NCBI GenBank assembly: GCA_012295275.1
Contig: CM022667.1
Location: forward strand, 22,072,001 to 22,136,000
Source: Chrysomallon squamiferum
Taxonomy: Eukaryota; Animalia; Mollusca
Direction of reading: 5' to 3'
DNA: 64,000 nucleotides
Each line of letters starts with the position of its first letter. The stretch's first letter is position 1. Shown piece after piece: positions 41,732-57,380 of the stretch. The notes beneath the pieces were generated by a model that was not told where the DNA came from, did not search any database, and saw only the letters and a program-made list of their open reading frames with translations. The position numbers were made by a program, and so were the translations under genes.

Positions 41732-44700
41732 AACCAATTTTCTTTAGCAAAGTCTTTCATGTGTTTTCCATTTTTGTCAAACTGGACTTGAATAATGATT
41801 TTTTTAATCAAATGAAGTATGTGAGAGCAGTGGTTTTCATGGAAAGAGCCAAGCTTCATTATCTTCCTATAATAAAGGCAATTCTAAGGTAACATGCACT
41901 GAAGTACATACATTTTCTTTTTTAATGTTTTATCCTAACTAGAGATAATTTAATTTTGTATTGATTAATATAGACTCAATGACATTAAGGTTATATTATT
42001 ATAGGAAGCACTAAATCAGACATTTGTGCTGAAAAACCAAATTAAAAAAATAAAAACTACAACACAGTGGAAACAAATGTATGTAAAATAACTATTTTAA
42101 AAAACAGATAAATTCACAATGTCTTGGTAAGCCACTAGAGCAGTGTGATATTAAGGTGGGCAAAACAGGCAAGACACCTAAGAAGCTGACATCCTGACAG
42201 TAATTGTAATAAATGCAAAAAAGTTAAGGTTTAAAAAGAATCATCAAAAGAAGTTTAATTTAATTCAAGTTTAATTGCTAACAAAGCAAAAGACATTGTA
42301 ATATAAGATGATCAAAAACTTGAAAGCATTTAATTTTCTTTATGAATAAAATTTTAAATTCAACCAGAGTTATACATCTTTCTATTTTTTTTTTTTTTGC
42401 TTGACTAGCAAAAGCATTTAATTTTCTTTAAAATTTCTTCAGTTCTAAAATGTCATCATCAAAGTTGCCAACAATGTATATTTGAAAGCAAAGCTTGGAA
42501 AACTGATTAACATTCTGAAATAAACAAATTTGGTTATTCAAATATTTAATCATTGAATTTTCTTGTATATTATTAACTTTTAATCAAACCTTATTACAAA
42601 CACAAAATATCTACATACACACAAAAGCTTACACAAACAAATAATAAAACAAACAACAGTAAAAGGATATGCATTACAATATTAACAAAAGAATGTTTTT
42701 AATAAGAGAAAAGTAAAATAATGAAAAAAATAACAACTGTATCACTAACTCAGTAAGTGAAGAAAGATTAACAAGTACTCACATGAAATATTATTTGATT
42801 TCATGGTTTAAAAAGTTTGTAATTTCAGTGCAGACTATTCTAGAAACATTTAAGCCTAATTTATTACAAAAATGTTACATGGCTCACTACATTTATATCT
42901 GTTCATGGTAATGAAAGTAAAAAAAATATCTATTAATTTAAGAATTAATTTTTTTATAATACATATAAATAATAAAATCAAGCAATTCATTTTTTTTCAT
43001 GGAAGCAGACATTTGTGTGTGTGAACTTTTTGTGGAATGCTTTTAAACAATTTTTAATAATAGAAGATGTTGTAATTTAATTCAGCTTCAAATTTTAACA
43101 AGCAAATTATATTTGTCAGCAAGAAGAAGTCTTGTGAAATTGATTGTCATGCTAGGAGCAATAAAAAAAAAAAAAAAAAAGAAATTATTATATAGATTAA
43201 TTTTAAAGTAATCTGTCATATAATGGGTTATTACTTACAGGTGTTTAATCTAAGAAAATAATTAATATCAAATATCACTATACATACACATGGAAATATA
43301 TCATAATTTTCCTATCACAAGTCAGTTGCCTCAATCTAATTTTAGCTCCCTTCTATGTTTTAAACCAGAATCACATATAACTTGTACCATATTAAACAAA
43401 CATGTATGCACACACACACATGCACATACACACACATATAAGTAATTCACACTGCCTTATTTTATTATCATTGACAAATGTATTAAGAACATTATATAAC
43501 TATTAAGAACACATTATTTGAAAAGGCATATTTTAAACAAAACACATATATTTATTTACATATCTCTTGATATATGTTTTCAATAAGCTATATTTAAAGT
43601 AATACATTTTTTTTAATTATGTAACTTCAAAGTTATCAAAAAATAAGAAGATGAAGAAAATAAAAAGAAAAAAATATAAATAAATCATAAATGTCTGCAC
43701 CAAATGACTAACTTCATACTATACAAACCTGCAGTTCTGTCATTATTTAACAGTAATGCTCAAAGGCACTACAATATTAGCGTAACAGTTTCTGTTTTTC
43801 ATTACATTATTATTATAATAGTTATCTACAAAATATATATATACCTGGTAGCTATTTAGAAACAATGCTTCTTTCTTGGCAAGCAGATTAATTTAAAATT
43901 CAATTAACCTGGCCTACTGACAATATAATCCAATTCATCTTCATTTTCTCTAGCATAAATAACATAAATAAATGACATCAGAAACCACATATATAATAAT
44001 ACAACTTTTTATTTATATATTATCCTAAGAAGCCCTTATTAAAGACAGAACATAAGCATGCACACACACAAATGCAGATAACAGTTTCATTAACTCAGGA
44101 AATTTATTTCCTTTTTAAGACCTTTTTTTTTTTTTACCACACTCACCTGTTAAATGTGTTAAAAAAAAGAGTGATAATTTTTTCTTTTTTAAAACTACAT
44201 AAATTTTCATTTATATTGTGATATTTAAACTAAAAAGAGGACACAATATCCTCATTATGTTAAATGGATTTAAAATATATGTTAAAAATTAAAGTACAAA
44301 AAAACAAAATTAAATCAAGTATGATTGCTACAAACATGTTAGTATATAGTCATGGCCATATTTAGACACTTTTTGAAATGAGGCAAAAACACTTGAGGCA
44401 AAATAATTTGGGCAAGGGGTCAGGGGACTCCAGAAGCTCCAACTTGAAAGATGCAAATTGTCAATTCTAGCCATTTATATTTTATATTTTTTAAATAAAA
44501 TATTTGCACAAAAAAAAAAAAAAAAAAAAAAAAACAAAAAAGATAAATAAATAAATAAAAAATTTTAAATCAGAAATTTGGGGGTGAGGCATGGTAATTC
44601 ACTGATTATCTGCATGACCTAGCACATAAACTCAAAGTTACCTGAGCATTTGAGTCATATTTAAATTTTTATTTTTTTATTTATTTCATTTTTAAAAAAA

Positions 44701-44854
44701 ATAAAAAATAAACCCACAATCTTTTACATTAGAATATTAGGAGAATTTTTTTTATTTCTGTCGTTTTAACTAAATCACATTACATACTATTATGTGTTGT
44801 TTAGAAATTAGCAACAAACTAGTAATGAAAGTAAATATATTAACAAATGCTTAC

Positions 44855-44943
44855 CTAAAATGCACTGTTAAAAACTCTCCAGTAGAATATAATGTTGGAG
44901 GTAAGATGTTTCCACAGAGACCAGCATTGCCCCCTGCTTCTTC
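44855..44943 (-). CDS. Exon 3 (89 nt): CUB domain, EEAGGNAGLCGNILPPTLYSTGEFLTVHFR
   Basis: Acceptor TTTTTTCCGTCTACCCAG, donor GTAAGC; typical CUB LCG...P...STG..LTVHF motif; phase 0 in, phase 2 out. Confidence 0.95.
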
Positions 44944-47449
44944 CTGGGTAGACGGAAAAAAGCAAAGATTTGAAATGCATATTTCATTCTGCTGTTTTTA
45001 ACATAAATAAATAATTTCAATATTTTATACTTTGCTTGATTTAAAGAAATAATGTTTTAATGTTTGAAAATTCACCAATATTTCTCTTTTGTTTTGGCTG
45101 TTTTATCATTTTAAAATGTATTTCAAAAACATACTTTCTACACAAAAAATATAAAAATATAAAAATAAAAATAGAAATAAAAATATTCAAAAGGTTAATA
45201 AATAACTGGTTTCAGGAAAACAGCTTATAATCTACCTTTTTATTTATTATTTTTATTGTCATCGCTTGTTTGTTTTTAAAAAAAAACAATTTCATGAAAA
45301 ATATTTTTTTCTCACCTTAAAAATACATTTTTGTGTTGTGATATTTGAGGAAAAGATAAACTTACCCAGACATACACACACATAATTTACAATACAAATA
45401 TTACAAATAAAACAAAAAATAGTAATAATTTTTTTTAATTTTATCTTTGTATGTTTATTAAGTGTGTTGTTAATGATAGCTTTGTAATGTACAAAAGTAC
45501 AATCAGTTGCCATAGGTGCACTTTAAATCACATTCTATAACTAGTGGGTTCTAGGTTCCTACTATAACACCTAAAAATAATTCAATAATTTATAACTTCT
45601 ATTATTATAAAAATAAAAATATCGTTTAAGTTTTAACATTTTTAACATAAAGCAGCACAATTTTACATGAAGCATGTAAGGTGCATATTAAGATTTTTAT
45701 TTTTTTTTATTTCATTATTATTATTATTATTGCTTTTTTGTTGTTGTTGTTGTTGTTGTTTTTTTTTTATTATCTTAAATGTCCATCTTTCCATTTACAC
45801 ACTTTTATTAACCTTGTGACTTGAAATGTAAGAAGTCATGTCAGGACCAAGCAGGTAAGCTCTCCATGTTAGGAAGAAAGAAAAGATTTTATTGTTCAGT
45901 TGTATTTCATCAACTACAAGAAGAAACATACCTCAGAGATTTTGTTCTTATCAATGTATCGATTTATATCTTTTAAAAAAAAAATTATAACACACTCATA
46001 CAAGTGAGTATCTTCTTGTACTACATAATATATGAAAGAAAAAGGAATAAAAAATAAACAGATCTTTATATATGTACGCAATTAAATATAGTGTTTCAAA
46101 CAGTTATTTTTAAACATTTCAATGCTGCATTTTACAAATTTACAAGCTAGGCCTGTTCAATGATTTTCTTTCTATTTAATTCTCAGAAACAACATTAAAC
46201 AAACTAAACACCACTGCTTCTCAACCTCTGCTGGCAAAGAAAATTTTATTGGGACATAAAAGCAAGTGCAAAAACATCCTATCTCCATGCAGCTAAGCGG
46301 TCTCAGTGCTCCATGACAAATTTATTGTCAGGTAATGTTTGAATGTGCTATGAGGTCTGACCAATCAATAAACTTTATTACCATTGAACTAATGTTCTTT
46401 TAATGAAGCAAAGTTGTCAATGTTTGCAACATTAAGACACCCTGCCATAAGCCTACCATAGAGAGACACAAGAGTTATGACCTTTCCCCAAAAAACCCAT
46501 CATAGCTGAAAGGTAACAAACAACAAAAAAAAGATAAAAAGGATTATATATATATATAGGGATTTTTCTCTATCAGATAAATGGATGCCAGGCCTGCTGA
46601 ACAAGACCTAACAGCTAGTAAATTTTTACCTCATAAAAGATAATAATTTTTTCAACTGGAAAGTTTTATAACTATAATCTATCCAAGGAATGATCAGAAG
46701 CTGTGGCAGGAGAGATTATTATTAACTATGTGGAAAATCTACATTATTTCTTTTCTGCCTCTGTGCCCTTAGGCCAAGTCATTCAGATCAGATAAAAGTG
46801 TTTAGCATTACTCTGTTATACTCAGAAAAAAAAACATTACTTTCTGCTGTTTTTGTAACCAAATCTATGTAACATTGCTTTTTAATGGACAAAGAACTTC
46901 ATTTCAGTTAGTTATTCAAATGAATAAAACTTTTTTTTTTATCAAAACTCCTTTTAAAAATCTACAGCCTTATTTATAATTTCAAGTTTCAAATCTCACA
47001 AGTCAGATCATTTCTAAAATAAATCCCTGGAAAGTAACTTGAAAAAAGAAGAGAAATAATTTATTTAAGTTTCTAATCATCTGTTGCCAACACAACATTT
47101 CAAAAATTTCTCTAGACATATTTAAAGTTTTATTAATTATCTGAAATACAATACAAATTCTAATTAATTTATTGAAGACAATATATTCTAGCATGTTCTA
47201 TGATGTCTCAAAAATAAATAAATTTAAAAACATCCTTTTTTCTTCAAAGAATTTTTTTACAAGCAGCAGCTAGTTTTGATTTTAATTACCAGAAAAGATT
47301 ATTTTAAAAAATATAAAAATAATACAATAATAAAAGGCAAACCAAAAAAATTTAATAATACTGATAGTTATTTAGATGCACTATGTGTCTAAGTGAGGAT
47401 TATACATTCAGCATCTGATTTCTAAACATTTGAATTATATTAAACAGAA

Positions 47450-47487
<38 letters not shown>

Positions 47488-47539
47488 AACTCATGCAAAA
47501 ATAAAAAAAAAAAAAACAACAACAAGAAGACAAATTCAC

Positions 47540-47790
47540 CATTGCGCGTGTGAGATGACTTTCACTGTCAAAGAAATAAAGTGCATCATTACAAATCCCT
47601 TTGGGTGTCCTGTCTGGTATATCCAATTCCAACATTCGCAACATAAGCTTCCAGTTTTTATTCTGTGCTCTGAATGTCATAGTGCACTCAACAGGTGAAC
47701 TGTAGGTAACATTCTGCTTCAGGTTATGTGAAAATACTGTTGCTCCTCCTAAGTACTTTCTGTCTGCACAATCTGGATTTTGCATAAAAT
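47540..47790 (-). CDS. Exon 2 (251 nt): N-terminal part of the CUB domain
   Basis: Acceptor TTTTCAG, donor GTGAAT. Translation FMQNPDCADRKYLGGATVFSHNLKQNVTYSSPVECTMTFRAQNKNWKLMLRMLELDIPDRTPKGICNDALYFFDSESHLTRAM shows CUB spacing (C...YxxxxxC...C-x-D-x-L). It is the core of ORF 47435..47908. Confidence 0.95.
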
Positions 47791-50700
47791 CTGAAAATAT
47801 AATGTGAAAAATATTGTAAACAAAATATATATAAATAAACATGAAGACTTTAAAATGTTTTAATGTAATTGAATTATATTTGTTATGTAGGCCTAAAAAG
47901 ATTTTCAAAGATATGGCGTCTTAAGATAAAATAAAATCTAATAGAAAAAATCAAACACACACATACACACTCAAAGATTAATACAAAAAATACAAGAATT
48001 TATAATTTGACACAAGAATAATTTTTTATTTTTACAGATGACTAATATTACTTTATCACATAATAGTTTTCTAATTTTTTTATTATTATTTTTGGATATC
48101 TTCTGTTTATGCAAAATGCATGAAACAGGAAAAAATATATTCACATGTACTTCAATATTTATCTGATGCAATCAAGTTTATATGTTTCTCCAGTAATTAA
48201 TAATTGATAGTAATAATATAGCTGTAGATTGTCTTTTTAAGTATACATTATCATTTAAACTCTCTTTTAAAACTTCCTTTTAAACATCAGAGATACAACT
48301 AGGATAATCACATAATCGACAATACATAATAAAAAAACAAATGTTCAAATGAATTTATGTTGTAGAGTTATAAGGTACTCTAAATAAATTAAATAGTTAT
48401 TAGTATTTGTATGATTATGATATATTAAATTATGGAGAAAAAAATACTTTAATATAAAATAAACATCAAAACCAATATATTCATAATAAAAAACCCATTT
48501 ATTATTTAATAAATATTAGAGCTGAGAGCAATTATAAAAACAAACAGATGACACATTAACATTAAGAAGTGATATATGAAAACAAGAACTCTTTGAGAAA
48601 AATTGGACTGGCTTTTTTTTATTACAATTATTTATTTTTCTTTACTTCTTTTTTTCAAAATAGAGATAAAAATTCTTTAATTAAAACTGATAATATGAAA
48701 ATGACTTGTTATAAAACTGATGTTTGCCTTCTGAAATATAACTGCTTCACAGTTTTAAAATATAAGAAAAAATGAAATTGAACTTTCAAAGCCTCTATTT
48801 GTTTTAAAATTGAGATCAAACACTTTTGATTAATTGCAAATGAAACTTGACATGCATACTTCTTAATAACAGTTTAAAGATTTTTATTTTTTGTTTTTAA
48901 CCTTAGATTACAATCGTAAATATTCTAAAATTTTCTATTATGTCTTTTCTTAATTATTTTATTTTAAATGTTCATTCATATAATTAAAATAGATACATTC
49001 TGTAGCCAGAGATTTTCTCTATTCTTACTTCTTTTTTTTTTTCTTTTTTTTCATTTTTGACAGTGCTGGAGTCTATACATTTGTGTCATTCACTGTTAAT
49101 TATTTAAGCACAATTCTATTATGTCACATTCAAATATCAATGATAAAATAACATTCTAAAATATTTTGGAGCGTACTGCTTCAGGAAAAATAAACTAGAA
49201 TATAGCCATTGCAAATTACAGAACTTTTATAATCAAATCAGATGTAATTAATATATGTAATTACAGACAGTTTACACATTAATATGCCACTGTGAGACTG
49301 AGTTATCATTAAACTGTATTTACAAATATAATAAACTTACTTCCAAAAAGGTATACCACTATTTCAAACAAAAATCAGAATTTGCAAGATTATTTCCAGA
49401 AAATTCTTTAAAATCATGCATATTAGTACATACATTTGCAAAAATAAACTAGTAGAGAGGCAGGCACCAGCATATTTTATTTCTTCTTTTTTTAAAATAA
49501 ATAACCAAAAATAATAAAAGAAACGTTTTACAATTATTTACCACACACAAAACAAAACAAAAATAACAATAATAATAATAATAAAATCTGAAAACTTTTC
49601 TTGAACATAAATCTAAAGGATGGTTTTTTATTTTTATTTTTTAAGTAAGTTAGCAGGTTCATATACTAGTTTACAAATAGTATTTTAAAATTAATTAAAA
49701 TTTAATAAACTTCAGTTAAAAAAAGTTATTATTGTGTATTAATACCGTAGAAAAGTGAACAAGACTTAATTTTGTAAAATTATTTTGTAAAAATAAATAA
49801 TTTATTTCACCCATTTCAACATGATTTGCAAAGAACAACAAACTTTATTAAAATCAACCAACCAATATTCATTTATGAACAGTATGTGTGATTTTAATTA
49901 TTAGTTAAGTACATTATGGTATTATAACACAGAGTAATTATTTTATTTATATTCTCTGTTATTAGTTTTCTAATTTTGCTTTTGAGGTAATTCTGGGGAA
50001 TGTAGCTAGGGAGCAAGGTACATGTTGACCTAGAAAATAACAACGCTGGTCTGGAATTATTATTCAGTAGAAACAGATTTTTCATTTATCTGGTCAGCCC
50101 TTTTATTAAACTATTTTAAATTTTTACTAGATATCTACTAGATATTTCTGCTTTTATTGTGTTGGTAGATCAGATTATATACTGTCTATTTATGTTAATA
50201 GTCCTGATGTTAACATAAACCAGTGTTTATTAAGCTGGTTTGTTGTTTAAAAGTGTAATGAATGTTTCATTATGTTTATTGTTAATACTAAATCTTGCTC
50301 TGTCACAGTATTATAACCAAAACCAAAACCAAAACATTATTTTATGAAGTATTTTATCAAGATGTTTGTGGTTCTATGTATTTGTCATCACTGAGTCTTT
50401 TTTAATTTTCAACTTTATTCTTCTTTTTTTCTGACAATGCTACAAACGAATCTATTCTTTCTCTTGTTTGTGTCTGAGAGAAACTGCTAAAAGCTACACT
50501 GTTCATATTATATTCTGTGCAGCTATTTGGATGCCCTTCCAAATGACTTTGAGATCAACTAAACTAACAAAGTCTGTGAGATAAATGTACAGCATGGTTT
50601 CATCTTTCATCACTTCTTATCTGTGGCCTCCATAATCATGACTTAAAACTCACAAATTAGTTTGAAATATAAGGAGAAAAAAAGTCAACAAATCTCAAGA

Positions 50701-53700
50701 CTGTTAGAAAATTGTTTGGTTTTTAATTGTGATGTTGATACATCTGGTATTATTTTTATTGTTCTCTAGATCAGCCATTGCCAATATGGTTTTTAATTAA
50801 AAGTACATTTGTGTTTGTTTTATAGATCTAAAGCAATTAATGGAGAGTTGCCATTTTGTTTATGATCAAAAAATAGAAATATGATCAGATATAAAAATTT
50901 TAATAAGTCAGTAAGTAAATTATTGTTGAAGTTTCTCTAAACATCATTTTATGGGAGATTTATTTTTAACATTTCTCTATCAGTAACTAAATTCCCAAGT
51001 AGTCTATTAACAGTAAATGCAGATTCAGCAGCAGTGTAAGTTACAATTTTATTCAGATTTTAATCTGGAAGCCCAGATCTATCCATAATATATACTTACA
51101 CAGCCTGTGTGCAATGTGGGAACATTAATGTATACCTCCAAGCTTTAATGTGCACTTCTTTTTCACAAACTGCGGCAGGAGTAATTTGCAGACAGGATTG
51201 ATATTATACTTTTAATTACTGTTTCTGTTAGTTTTCATCTTTATTTATTTATTCTTTTTACCTTTTGTGCATATTTAATTTCAGAATTTGTGTATAAAAA
51301 AATAAAAAATAAAAAATAAAAATAGGTTATTATATATAAAAGCAAATAACATCCATAAAACAAAAAGATGCAACATGGATAAAAATATGAGTGAAAGCTG
51401 AAAAAGAAACCAAAAATAGGGGACATTCAATTAATTATTTTAATAATAAATTAAAGGTAATAAATACTTTATTTTCTCAAACCACTAGTAAAAGTCAGAT
51501 TAGTTAATATAATTAATACAATTTCTTTATGTAATTAAACCCAATGAAAAGTAGTATAGAAACAAATTTAAAAATAAGTTTGATCTGAATATGCATTTTT
51601 ATAAAACTTAGAAATGTATGTGAGAGAGCACAGCAATTAAAGGATCCATGACAGACAGTTACTTTATATATATACATATATATATTTGCTTTTATATAAT
51701 ATATTTAACATAAGGGTTAACCTTCAGTCCATTTTTAGCTATAACTTTCTTATTATGTATAGATACAGTTATATTTATCAGCTTCTAATATTTTAATGGA
51801 AGCAAAATGTACTGTTATCATCATCACATGCAACAGAATTATCATCATTATCATTAACAATGTCATTATTTGTTACCAACTAGTCTGATGAGGAAAAAAA
51901 CATGCATGATTATACAGCATTAGAGGCAATGGATAATGGACCAGGTGTGTTTTCACTTAATGTTGATGGTAAATGGATTCACAGATACCAAAACAAATAG
52001 CTTTGCCAAAGAACACCTTGATCACAGTTCATGCTGAAGCTTATTTAGTTTATTTTTTCTTATTCCTTCCCCTCCCCACCCTCAATAATATTAAAACACC
52101 TTTAGAACATCACTATTTTAAGAGTGACTGTTCAGAGAATTGTTCCTGAAGGAGAAAAAAAATCTTTGGGAACTTGTTGAATGGATTTTTTTCAACATGC
52201 CAGCCTGCTCCAGCACACTTCACAAACTGTTAACATAGGATGTATGTTAGAAAAGCATTAAACCTTTCATGGGTAACAGACCAGAAAAATGCTTTGAAGC
52301 CATGCTGAGAGGGTCTTTTGTTGCCTCTGACAACCCACCCATTCCAGTACATTTCAATTACACCCCATTTGGCCAGCTAAAGACCTTCTGAACAAACACA
52401 GCTGAAATTGGCTCTGAAAGTTAAACCAACTGTTTGACTCAAAAAAATGCACCATAGCTTGGAGTTATTATCATTCATGGTCATTTTATTAGTCATTTGA
52501 TTCTGTTACCAAGAACAAGGTGATAGAGGCCATTTGTTCATATAAATGCAGAACACAATGTTATTTTAACCTTGGACAGATAGTCTCTGATAAGGCTTGA
52601 CAATTTCAAAAGACCTTAATGTGAATTTTACTGTCAGATATAATTTGTAAATCTGACAGAGTGTGAAGACTTCATGAAAGATTTTTTTTGTGGGTCATAC
52701 AAATTATTACCTTTGATCAGAGAGATTACATAGAATTTAAAGAAATGCTGTGGTTTGAGACAAATTCAACTAAAGTTACTAAACCATACATTTTGATGTA
52801 AATTAAAAGCAAACAAAAAGAATAGTTAGAGAACTGCATTACTGTTCTAGTAACTGGGAATTTAAATATCTGTAATGTGTTTTTCATTATCTAGATGTAA
52901 AGCTGAAAGCATATGTGATTGTAGTGAATAATATTTCTATACTTTTCATGTCGGCTACAAGTCTAAGGTAATTTGCTGTAGAAATATATTTCAAAATGAA
53001 TCCATCATAACACAAATAAAAAAATAATAAAAATATATAGAATGCTGATCATTAAGGAGGACTGATCGATCATCCTTTGACTTTAAGATGCTTATTCTTT
53101 TTTTTCACAGAATGGACAAATTACAAATAATATATTACAGTTACATATATATTGGCAACAGCCACAGATATCTCACTTGAAATGTTAATTACTTCATCAA
53201 CTATATATTCTGAATAAATATTACTTTTTTATTCATATACTTCCAGAATAGCAGGAAATTAAATACTGATCAGTTTACAGAAAAGAATTTTCTAGTTTTG
53301 AGATAGTTGAATACTAATATTTTTCTTCATCAATGATTCATAAAACAATTACAGATAAAATCTGGATCTTTAACTGCAATATCTTATTGAAGTTTCTCAA
53401 TTCCTGTACCAAAAGTGAAATTAACCAACATACATTTATTCTGCAATGTCGTGGCAAGATATGGTGATGATAGGATAAAAATCAAGTTAATTTTGTTTGC
53501 TATCTTCAAACCATTTCTTATGTCTTTCTTAATTTCTTTTTTTTTTATTATTTTTTTTTTTTCTCACGATTCAACTGTCAGATGAAGATGACCCATCTGA
53601 ATTAAAATCACCAGAATATGGTCAATATAAATCAAAAATGTCTAGAAACATGCCTCTAAGGAAGTGATGTGAAAGCTGTATTATCATTTAATGTCTTTTG

Positions 53701-56700
53701 TGAGAGTCTTACTGGAGGAATTAGAGGATTTTACTCTCAAATTGACATCTCAAAGAATAACATATGATAGTCTCAAATATGTGATTGAGCAAGTTTCCAT
53801 GAAAGAAGAAATAATGATGTGAAACATCATATGCAATTTGCCAATCCTGTTCCCAAACATACATTTACTGGCTCTTTTTCTTAGGCTACTAATGTATATG
53901 ACACTGATCACAGACAGATCGTGTTGTAATAATACATTAACATTATAGTTATACTTGTTAAAAGCCACATTCAGCAATATCAGTTAGTCATATCTATCAA
54001 ATAAGTAGATTTGTACACACTGTATTACTATTATATTCTTTATTACATGGTTTTTAAAGTGATTACATTCTTTTATGTACATTTCTGTATATCTATCATT
54101 CTATGTTTGTGTGTGTGTGTGTGTGTGTGTGGATGTGTGTGTGTGTGTGTTTTGGGTGGATACATTTTTTTTATTTATTATACTCTTCAACATCTATGTC
54201 TTCATTTATAAGGAAAAAAACTAGTTTTGAAAACATTCCTGTAAATAACCTTTGTAGGACTTCAATCCTTCATCTGTATGGATTATATATATATATATAT
54301 ATGTTTGCTCAGGAGCATGATAAATTGTGATTCATTAATATCTGATTTCCAAATGAAATGCTCTGAGGGATCCACTGAATATTCAGCAATACAATGTTCC
54401 AGAGAAATCACATTTATTTAAAATTGAACTTAATCTTGCCATCAACTTTGCAGAAGGTTTGTTCATTAGACAAATAGAGCTGGAATCTAAGTTTTATGAA
54501 TGATATGAAATATCAATATTATCTTAGCCATTTGCAGCTTCAGTATAAAAATTCCACCAGCAGTGTTTGCTCCATGTTTTCATAGGCACCTGTTTGCACT
54601 CTGGTTTCACTCAAAGTGGACACTTCACTGGCTGGACTTGTTCCCATTATTGATTAGGACAAACATTCCAGGAATGTCAAAAGCTAACACGTATGACATA
54701 CAGATGTATATTTAAACAAGGCAGAGCTATGTACATAATGATCTTCCTCCATCAGTGTACCACGAATACATCAAGAAGTAATTGGGCAATGAAATGCTCC
54801 TCATTCTTGAGTGTTTAGCATTAAGAAAGCATCTTTATTTTTAATGAAAGTTGCTGAAGGCGAGAAAAGCAATCACTGTCCTAGTCTCAAATTAAAAAGT
54901 AATAAATGTTGGTTAGTCATCAACAATTACCTCGATCAAAGTTATTTTTCTAAACATTCTCTGTATTATACAAGTAAATGTCATGTTTACATGTTTAAAA
55001 CAAAGTTTGATAAATAACTGTAATTTAGACTGAATTCAATAAGAAGAATGAACCAGAGAAAGAATCTCATCAGATATCTACTACTTAGAGTCAACACTAA
55101 TGAGAAATATTTTGTGTTTTGTAAGACAATTACCTACACTCCAGTGAACTAATGCAATTGAAGGTTTTGGTGTTGCACACATGAAACAAGAATCCTAGTG
55201 TGAATATGCATCACTCACACAGGCTTTTTATTACAGATGATTCTAACTGCATAACTCTATATCATGTGCAGGTGATTACAATAAACCAATGTGCATGGAA
55301 AAAATTTGTCTGAAAATAAGCCCAATCAGGTCTGATATGATAAAATTGAGCTAATTGTGTTCTTGTAAAATCATGCTAATCTATGAGTCTTGTTCTGTGT
55401 TAGTTCCCGTTATGGAAACAGATCTGCTAAATATCCATTAATGGACAATTTACAGTTTTTCTTCTCATATGCAAAGTTTGTATACAATTGTATACATTTT
55501 CTCAGCAGTAATGAAATGTTGGATTCATTGAGGATCTAACTGTTTTATCTGTAAGAATCACCACTGGACTACGGTTTATGGTCATTTTCCTGAATTCCAA
55601 CTGATTTTCAATAGATATGTCTCTTAGGTCAGTGGACACCTACTGAACACAGCCACAAACAGATTATTAATTATTAGTCCACTGCTAAAATGGTCAGCTG
55701 TACCAATTTGAATTCATTTCCTCCAAAATAAAGAATTTTATTGTACAGCAACTTCATTCAATATTATTAAAGATGGTGTATGCCCATTTCCTGCAAAGCA
55801 CTGATAATTAAATCATGCATATTTATATTTTATAAACATCTTAGCAGACGTTTCAGGTGATAAAAATGAAAAAAAGACAGAATATTTTTTAAACCATAAA
55901 TATATCTAATGCTTTTTATGAATTTTATGATATGCAAAATAAGTTTTATTTACATCCAACAATAAAGTTAATATATTTGCAATTGTATTTTAGAAGAAAG
56001 CAATGCCCAGCCATGACAAATATGGATACTGGTGTGATGGATATGAATAAAGATTATAAAAAATGTCTGTAATTTTTGTCCCTTCTAATGAGAAGACACA
56101 TACAATTTAGGGTTCTTTTGCTTGATCCCACAGGTATCCATGCAAAATAGGTACCACTGTACTTTTCAGTTTGTATTCATAGATTATTATGGAAAGACAT
56201 CTTCCTGCCTTTTCATTGGTAGATCACTGCCTTAAAATATGGTATCTATATCAAACCTTTTGTTGCATTACTTAGACTAATTCCTGTTCTGCCTAGTGCT
56301 GTAGAAATAATATCTGATTATTTTTCTTCTCTAAATTTCAGTTGTATAGTAAGGATGATTGTTGTCAGTCTCTTAATCTGAACATCAACCCCCAAGTCTA
56401 ACACAAACCATCACTGTGAAAATCCCTAGACAGTGTGGATGTGAGCCTCTGAGGACAGTGAGTGTGACAAAGTAATCTGTGTGTTATGCTATCTTTAAAC
56501 TGGTTAGAAAATTCCAAGACAAATTAAAACCTGGAAAGAAAGTTAACTTTAGAAAGTTAACAATATAATATAATATAAAGGAATAAGATTTTTTTTAAAT
56601 ATTTGTATTTACGTATTTTTATGTTTTTATGCAATTAAATTCAAGTAATGAAACATAAATTGGAATCATACTTGTATTTTTCAGACAGGTCTTTTGAAGT

Positions 56701-56960
56701 TTTATTTAATTAAGAAATATATTCCATTTTATTAAAATGGCCTCAGACATCACTGTTTTAAAAAATAAAAACAATATAAATGAAAATATGACAACAAGTA
56801 GTGTGAAACAAAGATTTAATCTAGTGGAAACATTGTACAGCATATAAACAGGTAATATTCATACTGAAGTTTCTGCCATCAATTCCAAACATCTGCAAAA
56901 CATGTGAAAGCACCAAGTGCTTCTAGTACAATTTTCTATTTTATATCTACATTCTTTCAC

Positions 56961-56962
<2 letters not shown>

Positions 56963-57024
<62 letters not shown>

Positions 57025-57339
57025 TACTGTTTAAATTTTATTTATTTTTTTCTTTTTATATATAATTTGTATAACATAATAATATTAATTAAAATAAGTT
57101 AACAAAAATGTCTACTGAAATGGATTAGAATTCTTCTCATAGGTAATAACAAAATTAATTAGTAAACAAGTATTTCTGTAACTGATGTATTTTAAAACAC
57201 AAATAAAAAACGAAATAGCAATAAAGGCAACAATGAAATAAAGAAATAATAAAACAAGATATTTAAATGTTAAACAAAAAATGAACTCAGTAACTATGCC
57301 AAAAATCTAAATGTATAATTTTTATTAACACTTCATGTG

Positions 57340-57379
<40 letters not shown>
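56963..57379. repeat. (ATT)n at ~56963-57023 and (GT)n at ~57347-57379
   Basis: Direct reading. Confidence 0.85.

Positions 57380-57380
<1 letters not shown>

Noticed and set aside
44408-44605. G-rich patches (GGGGTCAGGGGACTCC...TTGGGGGTGAGGCATGG) resembling a common invertebrate repeat
   Set aside because: Too degenerate; no termini or TSD could be defined.
51100-51169. Exon-like segment in intron 1 (CCGCAG acceptor, GTAAGT donor, 70 nt)
   Set aside because: It would shift the frame between exons 1 and 2 and shows no domain similarity; likely a pseudo-exon.
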